Assembly: GCA_044867195.1 (NCBI GenBank)
Contig: JBIOUO010000009.1
Coordinates: 297 to 64,296 of the forward strand
Length of the DNA stretch: 64,000 nucleotides
Direction: 5' to 3'
From: Ilumatobacteraceae bacterium
Lineage (GTDB): Bacteria; Actinomycetota; Acidimicrobiia; Acidimicrobiales; Ilumatobacteraceae
The position numbers and the translations under genes are program-made. The first letter of the stretch is position 1. Each line of letters opens with the position of its first letter. The notes under the pieces are model-generated. The model did no database searches, was not told the DNA's origin, and worked only from the letters and a program-made list of their open reading frames with translations. Of this stretch, positions 18,190 to 25,449 are shown in pieces.

Positions 18190-18531
18190 GTCCCGTACGG
18201 CTTCCGGCCGTCAAGGGCCGCCGAACAATCCCGGCTCGTGGCTGTCGCCGCAGGAACGCGGTGCGGCCGGTCCGGAACACAGTCATGGAGCGCGTCGGGC
18301 GACTCCCACACGGCGAGGTTGATGATCACCAGCGGGTCCTCGTCGGCGCGCACGTAGCTCGAGGACTGCCCGGCGTCGTCGGTCAGCCACCACACGAAAC
18401 CGGGCGAGGACTCAGCGAGCGCGTTGACCGCGTCGAGCGAGGCGACGAACTCCGCCATGTCCGGGTGGTCGAGCGGCTGGCGGAGGCGGGCGACGTTGAG
18501 CTCGGCGAGGTGCCAGTCGGGCATCCCGGCA
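18190..18531 (-). pseudogene. DUF3291 paralogue, decayed (frameshift plus internal deletion)
   Basis: MPDWHLAELNVARLRQPLDHPDMAEFVASLDAVNALAESSPGFVWWLTDDAGQSSSYVRADEDPLVIINLAVWESPDALHD matches the 8368..8835 protein. The frame is then lost: FRTGRTAFLRR continues in the frame of ORF 17978..18286. A ...GRKPYG... tail corresponds to ...RRPKPYQ... of the intact copy. Confidence 0.75.
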
Positions 18532-18579
18532 CGCGACGGGCCGGTCGCCGCCCGCGGGTGCGCCGATACCGTGGCGGCG

Positions 18580-19587
18580 ATGACGCCCGAGGCCGCTCTT
18601 GACCGCGTGCTGCATTGCCTCGATCGTGCCCATGTGCCCGGCTTTCGAGCCAGGGCGTTCCAGCGGGCGCGCGACGTGGTGCGCGCGACCGATCCGTCCG
18701 AGATCGCCGAGCGGGCAGCCGCGGGCACGCTGACCAAGCTCGACGGGATCGGTGACTCCAGCGCCAAGGTCATCACCGAGGCGCTGGCGGGCGAGGTGCC
18801 GCACTACCTCGTGCACCTCGAGCAGACGACGCAGGTGCCGATCACGCCCGGCGGCCAGCGCTACCGCGACGCCCTGCGTGGCGACTGCCACCTTCATTCG
18901 ACGTGGAGCGACGGTGGCGCCCAGATCGAGGAGATGGCGGCCACGGCGATGGCGCTCGGGCACGAGTACATGGTGCTCACCGACCACTCGCCGCGCCTCA
19001 CGATCGCTCACGGCCTCAACCGGGAGCGGCTGGAGCGTCAACTCGTCGACATCGAGCAGCTCAACGCCGGCTTCGACGGCTTCCGCATCCTGACCGGCAT
19101 GGAGGTCGACATCCTCGAGGACGGCACGCTCGACCTCGACGATGATCTGCTGGAGCGGCTCGACGTCGTCGTCGCCAGCGTCCACTCCAAGCTGCGCATG
19201 GCCCGCGAACCGATGACCGAGCGGATGGTGCTCGCCGTGGCCAACCCGCACGTCGACATCCTCGGCCACTGCACCGGGCGGTTGATCGGCAAGCGTCCCG
19301 AGTCCACGTTCGACGCCGACTACGTGTTCGCCGCGTGCAAGCAGTTCGACACTGCAGTCGAGATCAACTGCCGACCCGAGCGGCTCGACCCACCGCGCGA
19401 GCTGCTCGATCTCGCCGTCGACTATGGCTGCTGGTTCTCGATCGACACGGACGCCCACGCGACCGGCCAGCTCGAGTGGCAGCCGCATGGATGCGATCGG
19501 GCCGCCGAGCGCGACGTGCCACTCGACCGTGTCATCAACACAATGTCTGCCGACGATCTGTTGGCATGGACGGCCTCGTCAGGCTGA
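18580..19587 (+). CDS. PHP-domain protein with N-terminal helix-hairpin-helix region (PolX C-terminal-like phosphoesterase)
   Basis: In-frame part of ORF 18424..19587, from ATG 18580 (MTPEAALDRVLHCL...). Contains LTKLDGIGDSSAKVI (HhH), then GDCHLHSTWSDG, MVLTDHSP, VASVHS and FSIDTDAH, which are PHP metal-binding motifs. Confidence 0.85.
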   Translation: MTPEAALDRVLHCLDRAHVPGFRARAFQRARDVVRATDPSEIAERAAAGTLTKLDGIGDSSAKVITEALAGEVPHYLVHLEQTTQVPITPGGQRYRDALRGDCHLHSTWSDGGAQIEEMAATAMALGHEYMVLTDHSPRLTIAHGLNRERLERQLVDIEQLNAGFDGFRILTGMEVDILEDGTLDLDDDLLERLDVVVASVHSKLRMAREPMTERMVLAVANPHVDILGHCTGRLIGKRPESTFDADYVFAACKQFDTAVEINCRPERLDPPRELLDLAVDYGCWFSIDTDAHATGQLEWQPHGCDRAAERDVPLDRVINTMSADDLLAWTASSG

Positions 19588-19613
19588 TGCGGACCGCGGC
19601 GTGACGGTGCCCG

Positions 19614-20315
19614 GTGAGTGAGCCGGGGCCCTTGATCGGGCGGGGCCGCGCCGCCGACGTCTTCGACATCGGTGCCGGCCGCGTGCTGCGGCGCTACCGG
19701 GACGGCGCCCGGCGTGACGGCCAGGTGCTCCGTGAGGCGGCGGCAATGAGACACCTCGTTGCTCATGGGTTCCCCGTGCCGGCGGTTCACGACGCCGCAG
19801 GGCCGGATTTGGTGATGGACCGGATCGAGGGAATCTCGATGCTCACCGACCTCGAGCGACGGCCGTGGCGGCTGGCGCGACATGCCGACTTATGGGCTGC
19901 CCTCCACCGTCGGCTGGCCGCTGTCCCGGTCGGCGATCTGGCCAGCGCCGGCGTTCCGGTGCGCTTAGGCGCGCCGGCGGCGGTGATTCACCTCGACTTC
20001 CATCCTGACAACATCATGCTGACGCCCGCCGGCCCGGTGGTCATCGATTGGACCAACGTGTCGCTCGGCCCACCTGCCGCCGACGTCGCCGAGTCGTGGA
20101 TCGTCGCCGCGACGAGCTCGGTCGACGGAGGGCGCTGGCTGCAGCTGCTGGTGCGGCTGGTCCGCGACCGCCTCGTGCAGCGCTTTGTCGACCGCTGCGG
20201 CCGCGCCGACGCGATCGCGATCCTGCCCGCCGTCGCCGAGTACCGCCTCGCCGATCGCAACGTCCGCCCCGAAGAGGCCGCCCGGATTCGAGCGCTTGTG
20301 CAGTCCCTGTCCTGA
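19614..20315 (+). CDS. phosphotransferase-family protein (APH/choline-kinase fold)
   Basis: 233 aa with IHLDFHPDNIML (HxDxxxxN catalytic loop) and VIDWTN. Contains two in-frame TTA Leu codons (19890-19892 and 19965-19967). Confidence 0.8.
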   Translation: MSEPGPLIGRGRAADVFDIGAGRVLRRYRDGARRDGQVLREAAAMRHLVAHGFPVPAVHDAAGPDLVMDRIEGISMLTDLERRPWRLARHADLWAALHRRLAAVPVGDLASAGVPVRLGAPAAVIHLDFHPDNIMLTPAGPVVIDWTNVSLGPPAADVAESWIVAATSSVDGGRWLQLLVRLVRDRLVQRFVDRCGRADAIAILPAVAEYRLADRNVRPEEAARIRALVQSLS

Positions 20316-20326
20316 CGTCGGATCCA

Positions 20327-20402
20327 CCCGAGTGTTTCCGCATCCGAGTGTTTGATGGAGGGGGCCCCTACCCGAAACACTCCGGTGCAGCAAACACTCG
20401 GG
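20327..20402. repeat. nested palindromic intergenic element, family B copy 1 (putative bidirectional terminator)
   Basis: Outer stem CCCGAGTGTTT (20327-20337) pairs with AAACACTCGGG (20392-20402). Inner imperfect stem is CCGAGTGTTT/AAACACTCCGG around a central GGGGCCCC. It sits between convergent stops at 20315 and 20408 and is related to the element at 58605-58685. Confidence 0.8.
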
Positions 20403-20407
20403 TCGCG

Positions 20408-20632
20408 TCACAGGTGCACGAGGGATTGGCAGGCAGCCATCAGCAGGCCGGTCCCGCGCATGTCGCCGACGGTGCCCTCGCCCATCTTGTTCATCACGTA
20501 GTCGAAGTTCATCCGGGCATCGAGGTCGACGACCGCCAGCGAGCCGCCCCACCCACCCCGGGGCTCGAAGTTGGCGGCGAAGACCTCGCCCACTTGGGCG
20601 AACCGCTCGTCGCACGTCCCCTGGATGACCAT
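20408..20632 (-). pseudogene. remnant of a beta-lactamase-family serine hydrolase with a large in-frame internal deletion
   Basis: 74 codons. MVIQGTCDERFAQVGEVFAANFEPRG (family N-terminus) is joined directly to GWGGSLAVVDLDARMNFDYVMNKMGEGTVGDMRGTGLLMAACQSL (family C-terminus). The ~300-aa catalytic core, including SxxK, is missing. Confidence 0.6.
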
Positions 20633-20687
20633 GGCCGGACGGTATCTCGACCGACGCCGCCCGTTCGATCCGAGGCATGCTGGTCCG

Positions 20688-21173
20688 ATGTCCATCTTCG
20701 AGCATTCGATCCGCACGCTTGGCGGCGACGAGGCGAGCCTGGCCGACCACGACGGCGAGGCCTTGCTACTCGTCAACGTCGCCTCGCGCTGCGGCCTCAC
20801 ACCCCAGTACACCGGCCTCGAGCAGCTCCAGCAGCGGTACGGAGCGCGGGGCTTCTCGGTGCTCGGCTTTCCGTGCAACCAGTTCGGCGGGCAGGAGCCG
20901 GGCGGCGCCGACGAGATCGCCACGTTCTGCTCGACGACCTACGGCGTCTCGTTCCCGATGTACGAGAAGGTCGAGGTCAACGGGCCCGGGCGCCACCCCA
21001 TCTACGCCGAGCTCACCGCCGTGGCCGACGCCGAGGGGCACGACGGCGACATCCGCTGGAACTTCGAGAAGTTCCTCGTCGCCCCCGACGGTGCCATCAC
21101 CCGCTTCAGTCCACTCGTGACGCCGGAAGACCCGGCGCTCGTCGCCGCGATCGAGGCTGCCCTGCCGGCCTGA
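20688..21173 (+). CDS. glutathione peroxidase (Cys type)
   Basis: In-frame part of ORF 20571..21173, from ATG 20688. Contains LLLVNVASRCGLTPQY, LGFPCNQFGGQEPG and WNFEKFLV. Confidence 0.9.
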   Translation: MSIFEHSIRTLGGDEASLADHDGEALLLVNVASRCGLTPQYTGLEQLQQRYGARGFSVLGFPCNQFGGQEPGGADEIATFCSTTYGVSFPMYEKVEVNGPGRHPIYAELTAVADAEGHDGDIRWNFEKFLVAPDGAITRFSPLVTPEDPALVAAIEAALPA

Positions 21174-21209
21174 GGCGGGCCACAGCCCCACCCGTAGACT
21201 CGGACATCT

Positions 21210-21296
21210 ATGTCCAAGAAGACGAAGAAGCGCAAGGCCCGCCTGCGCCGCTCGAAGGCCAACCACGGCAAGCGCCCGAACATGGGGCGTGGCTGA
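21210..21296 (+). CDS. small basic protein, actinobacterial ribosomal protein bL37-like
   Basis: Below the ORF-track size cut-off. ATG at 21210, TGA at 21294-21296, translation MSKKTKKRKARLRRSKANHGKRPNMGRG. The ...KANHGKRPN core matches the conserved actinobacterial bL37 peptide. Confidence 0.7.
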   Translation: MSKKTKKRKARLRRSKANHGKRPNMGRG

Positions 21297-21312
21297 CCGC
21301 AGCGCGACGCCG

Positions 21313-23382
21313 ATGGCGCCGCTGCCGCCGACCCGGCGCGACGACATCGTCGACATCCTCCACGGCGTCGAGGTCGCCGACCCGTACCGCTGGCTGGAGG
21401 ACGGCGACGCTGCCGAGGTCCGCCAGTGGGTGGCCACGCAGAATGCATTCACCCGTGAGGTGCTAGACGCCCGCCCCGACCGGGGATGGTGGCGCGAGCG
21501 CCTCAACGCGTTGATGCGGCTGCCGGTCACGACAGCAGCCCAGGTTCGGGACCAGCACCTGTTCTGCCTCGAGCGGGGCGCGGGCGCGGAGCAGTTCGTG
21601 CTGACCCGCCGCTCCGCCACTGACCCAAACGCCCCGCCCGTCGTGCTGCTCGATCCGGCAGCCGGCACGGCGGACGCGACGACGGCGATCGACTGGTTCG
21701 AGGCATCGCCCGACGGCTCGCTCGTTGCCGTGGGCATCAGCGAAGGCGGTACGGAGGAGTCCGTGCTCCGTGTGCTCGACGGATTCGACGGCGCCGACCG
21801 TGGCGAGGAGATTCCGGACACGCGGGCATGCAGCGTGGCGTGGGAGCCCGACGGTGCCGGCTTCGCCTACACGCGATATCCGCCGGGTGGGCGCTACGAC
21901 CGCACGGTCTACCACCACACGCTCGGAGTGCAGTGGCAAGGCGACCCCGTCGTGTGGGCGGAACGCCCGGACCCACAGGCGTGGCCCGATGTGACGATCT
22001 CGGCCGACGGCGCGTGGCTCGCCGTGCATGTGCTCGTCGGGTGGGCGCGTGTCGACGTTCACATCCTGGAGCGGGCCACGGGCCGATGGACGGCGGCCGT
22101 CGAAGGCGTGGAGGCGACGTCGTGGTTCCGCTTCGCTGGCGACGGACAGTCGTTGGTCGGCGTGACGACGCTGGACGCGCCGACCGGTCGCGTCGTGCGT
22201 GTGCCGCTGGCCTCACCCGCGGTCGCATCCTGGGAGACGCTGGTGCCGGCCGGTGAGGCGGTCCTCGGTCCGCTCGCCGTCGGCGGCGACGAGTTGCTCG
22301 TCGTCGCGACCCATCGCGCCGTCGACACGCTGCGCCGCTACGACACCGATGGCCGCCCGCTCGGGGCGGTGGGAGGCGTGGGCGACGTGGTGGCGATCGA
22401 CGGCTTGACCGCCGACCGCACGACGGGGGACGCGTTCGCCGTCGTCAACTCGTTTGGTGCCCCGACGTCGGTCTGGCGAGTGCCGGCCGGTTCCGGCCGC
22501 GGCGACCCCTGGACGGGTGGCACGGGCGGGACGGACGGCACCTTCGGCGCCTTCGACGACGTGATTCCGGCGCTGACGATCCGCCGACTTCGTTACCCGT
22601 CCCTCGACCAGACGGAGATCGGGCTGTTTCTCATCCACCGCGCCGACGTGACGCCGGGGCCGGACGTGCCATTGATCCTCAACGGCTACGGCGGCTTCGC
22701 GATCACCGAGACCCCGGCCTGGTCGCTGCCGCTCGCCGCCTGGTGCGCCGCCGGCGGCGCGTACGCCATCGCCGGGCTGCGCGGGGGCCTGGAGGAGGGC
22801 GAGGCGTGGCACCACGCCGGTCGGCGCGAGCGCAAGCAGAACGTGTTCGACGACTTCCACGCCGCTGCCGACTGGTTGGTGGATGCTGGCCTCGTCGCCC
22901 GCGACCGCCTCGCCGTGCACGGTGGCTCCAACGGCGGGCTGCTCGTCGGCGTGGCGTTGACCCAGCGCCCCGAGCTGTGCCGGGCGGTGTGGTGCGCGGT
23001 TCCGTTGCTCGACATGGTCCGCTTCCCACGCTTCCTCATCGCCAAGCTATGGACGAGCGAGTACGGCGACCCCGACGTCGCCGAGGAGTTCGCCTGGGTC
23101 CACGCATACTCGCCGTACCACCACGTCACGCCTGGGACGTGCTACCCGTCCACGCTGCTCACGACCGCTGAGGGCGACACGCGTGTCGATCCGTTGCACG
23201 CGCGCAAGATGGCAGCGCTCCTGCAAGCGACGACGTCGTGTCCAGGCGAGCAACCGATCCTGCTGTTCCAGGAGGAGCGGGCGGGTCACGGCGTCGGCAA
23301 GCCGGTGACCAAGCGTGCCGACGAGGTCGCCGACGGCCTGTCGTTCCTCGCCTGGCAGCTCGGCTTGGTGGTGCCGGCGTGA
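21313..23382 (+). CDS. prolyl oligopeptidase-family serine peptidase (S9A)
   Basis: ORF 21289..23382, with GTG 21289 or ATG 21313 as start. Contains VADPYRWLED near the N-terminus, a beta-propeller region, GGSNGGLL (GxSxGG nucleophile elbow), and DTRVDP and ...GHG at the C-terminus. Confidence 0.9.
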   Translation: MAPLPPTRRDDIVDILHGVEVADPYRWLEDGDAAEVRQWVATQNAFTREVLDARPDRGWWRERLNALMRLPVTTAAQVRDQHLFCLERGAGAEQFVLTRRSATDPNAPPVVLLDPAAGTADATTAIDWFEASPDGSLVAVGISEGGTEESVLRVLDGFDGADRGEEIPDTRACSVAWEPDGAGFAYTRYPPGGRYDRTVYHHTLGVQWQGDPVVWAERPDPQAWPDVTISADGAWLAVHVLVGWARVDVHILERATGRWTAAVEGVEATSWFRFAGDGQSLVGVTTLDAPTGRVVRVPLASPAVASWETLVPAGEAVLGPLAVGGDELLVVATHRAVDTLRRYDTDGRPLGAVGGVGDVVAIDGLTADRTTGDAFAVVNSFGAPTSVWRVPAGSGRGDPWTGGTGGTDGTFGAFDDVIPALTIRRLRYPSLDQTEIGLFLIHRADVTPGPDVPLILNGYGGFAITETPAWSLPLAAWCAAGGAYAIAGLRGGLEEGEAWHHAGRRERKQNVFDDFHAAADWLVDAGLVARDRLAVHGGSNGGLLVGVALTQRPELCRAVWCAVPLLDMVRFPRFLIAKLWTSEYGDPDVAEEFAWVHAYSPYHHVTPGTCYPSTLLTTAEGDTRVDPLHARKMAALLQATTSCPGEQPILLFQEERAGHGVGKPVTKRADEVADGLSFLAWQLGLVVPA

Positions 23383-23996
23383 CTTCGGCCCGAGCGGTGT
23401 GGTTGGTCGTCGGCGGCGCGGTCGAGCCGTGGGCGCGGTTGGGGCTCAGCGTCGTGGACGGTGTGGTGCCGCTCTTCGGCACGGGAATCGCGTTCGACCC
23501 CGACGCGCCGCCCGGCATCGCGCGCTGGGTGCTCACGGGCACAGGCGACGCCGCCGGCGCCGACATCGGCGGGCTGCCCACCGTCGTGGTCCCGGAGCCG
23601 CCCGCGCCCGTGCTGGTCGAGCACCCGAGCGGGGCGATCGGGCTCGATCATGTCGTGGTCACGACGAACGCGCTGGAGCGGACGAGCTCGGCCATCGAGG
23701 CGACCACCGGGGCCGCGCTGCGCCGGATTCGTGAGGTCGGCGAGATCCGCCAGGGGTTCCACCGCCTCGGCAGCGGCGGGCTGATCGTCGAGGTTGTCGA
23801 GCGCGCCGGCCTCCCGGAGGGGCCGGCGTCGTTCTGGGGGTTGGTCATCAACGTCGACGACCTCGACGCGGCCGTGTCTCTGATCGGCCCCGACGCGATC
23901 GGCCCGGCACGGCCCGCGGTCCAGCCCGGACGCTCGATCGCCACCGTCCGTGCGGAGCACGGCCTCGGCCTCCCCGTCGCGTTGATGACCCCGTGA
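23379..23996 (+). CDS. glyoxalase-like / VOC-family domain protein
   Basis: In-frame part of ORF 23238..23996, from GTG 23379, which overlaps the peptidase TGA. Contains GLDHVVVTTNALERTS and GGLIVEVVE. The assignment is weak. Confidence 0.6.
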   Translation: MTSARAVWLVVGGAVEPWARLGLSVVDGVVPLFGTGIAFDPDAPPGIARWVLTGTGDAAGADIGGLPTVVVPEPPAPVLVEHPSGAIGLDHVVVTTNALERTSSAIEATTGAALRRIREVGEIRQGFHRLGSGGLIVEVVERAGLPEGPASFWGLVINVDDLDAAVSLIGPDAIGPARPAVQPGRSIATVRAEHGLGLPVALMTP

Positions 23997-24016
23997 CGGG
24001 TCCGCCACAGCACCCC

Positions 24017-24092
24017 AATCTGGGCGGGAATCGTTCCAACGGGGAATCTGGGCGGGAATCGTCTCGGAAACCGAGACGATTCCCGCCCAGAT
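24017..24092. repeat. palindromic intergenic element, family A copy 1 (perfect 22-bp stem hairpin plus one extra half-copy); putative bidirectional terminator
   Basis: ATCTGGGCGGGAATCGTCTCGG (24046-24067), loop AAA, then CCGAGACGATTCCCGCCCAGAT (24071-24092). An additional direct half-copy AATCTGGGCGGGAATCGT lies at 24017-24034. The element sits between convergent stops (23996 and 24092). Confidence 0.85.
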
Positions 24093-24991
24093 CAAGGTGC
24101 CGCGAGCTCTGGCTCGGCCACCAGCTGCCCCAGGTCCCGACACCGGAAGCAGCCGGGACCGGGCAGTGGCCGCGGAGGTCGACCCTCCACAGTCAGCTCG
24201 ATCATCCGCTCGACGGCGTCGAGCGTTCGCCGCAGCGACGTCCGGAGCATCGCGGTGCTGACGCGGTCGACGACGGCTTCGCCGGCCTCCAGCGAGAACG
24301 AGGCGACCAGCCGTGGGGGCACGCCGCGCGCGAGCGTCTCGACGAGGGCGTAGAAGCGCAGGTCCTCGCGGTGCCGGTCGTACACCCGGCCCGACTTGAG
24401 GTCGATCAGCACCTTGCGCGGCTCGCTTCCCACCGCCCGCCCGACGACGATGTCCGCCTTGGCGCGTAGCAGGATCCGCCCGTCGACCGGCCAGCGGACC
24501 TGGGCCTCGGTCACCGGGTGCCAGGCGTGGCGCAACGGCGGGAAGCACTCGACGAACTGCGTGACGCGGGCGACCGCGCGGCCGCGAAGGTCGGCCTCGT
24601 CGCCCGGGGACAGACCGGCCAGCCAGTCCCCGAGGCTGCTGTCGTCGTCGGCGAGGCGGACGATGGCATCGTCGACGAGCTCGCTCGGCGTGGGCTCGCC
24701 GCGCCAGTTGAGCTGCAGCTCGATGGCGCGGTGGGCGACCTTGCCGCACGCGATTGCCGGCGTCCAGGCGAACGGCGGCGGAGCGAGGAAGTGCGTCTCG
24801 CACGCGAGGACCTGGGCGATCGTGAACTTGTTCACCGCCAACATCCCGTCGCCGAAGCGTTCGGCGAGCTCACCGAGCGCGCCGGCGGCATCGCGCCGCA
24901 GCTCAGCGATCTCGTCGTGGTCGATGACGAGTGAGTTCCCGTCCCGGCGGCCGAGCGCCTCGAGCGTGCGCTGCTGCGCCGGCGTGAGCAC
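24092..24991 (-). CDS. PD-(D/E)XK nuclease-superfamily protein (RecB/Cas4-like fold)
   Basis: 299 aa. AKADIVVG...VLIDLKSG resembles the D...(D/E)xK core, followed by YALVE and C-terminal Cys residues (GCFRC). The assignment is from motif pattern only. Confidence 0.65.
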   Translation of the reverse strand: MLTPAQQRTLEALGRRDGNSLVIDHDEIAELRRDAAGALGELAERFGDGMLAVNKFTIAQVLACETHFLAPPPFAWTPAIACGKVAHRAIELQLNWRGEPTPSELVDDAIVRLADDDSSLGDWLAGLSPGDEADLRGRAVARVTQFVECFPPLRHAWHPVTEAQVRWPVDGRILLRAKADIVVGRAVGSEPRKVLIDLKSGRVYDRHREDLRFYALVETLARGVPPRLVASFSLEAGEAVVDRVSTAMLRTSLRRTLDAVERMIELTVEGRPPRPLPGPGCFRCRDLGQLVAEPELAAP

Positions 24992-25100
24992 GATGGCGAC
25001 GGTACATCGGGGGTGTCACCGTGGACTGGAACTCGGCCGCCGAATGTCCTGCTAGCGATGCACGCCCTCACCCGCGCACCCCCGACTCATACTCGATCTC

Positions 25101-25427
25101 ATGGAACCTTCGACCACGGCCCGATTTGCCCACGCTGCGCGCACGTTGGCGAGCGAGGCCCGACGTCGGGGGTTGCTGGCGCCGAGCTTTCGTTGCCCGC
25201 CGCGGTTGGTCGGCGCCGACCGCACGCTGCGCCGCCGCCCGGGCGGCGGCTCAGTCGCGGTGCGGGTGCGCGGCCGGCCGTGGCCGGCGGTGCTCGCCGA
25301 CATGATCGAGGGGGTCGTTGCGGTCAACGACCTCAGCCCTCCAGTCGCCACGCGCGTGCGCACAGACTTGTGGGAGGTGGTGATGGGCACAGACGACAAC
25401 CGAGATGGCGCCGCGCAGGTGGCCTGA
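25101..25427 (+). CDS. conserved hypothetical protein
   Basis: 108 aa with strongly G/C-biased third codon positions. It is divergent from the nuclease gene. No domain recognised with certainty. Confidence 0.55.
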   Translation: MEPSTTARFAHAARTLASEARRRGLLAPSFRCPPRLVGADRTLRRRPGGGSVAVRVRGRPWPAVLADMIEGVVAVNDLSPPVATRVRTDLWEVVMGTDDNRDGAAQVA

Positions 25428-25449
25428 CCCGCCTGCTCGACTCCTGCCG

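Noticed and set aside
20688-21173. Possible selenocysteine in the glutathione peroxidase active site
   Set aside because: The active-site codon in VASRCGLT is an ordinary Cys codon within an uninterrupted ORF, so no recoding is needed.
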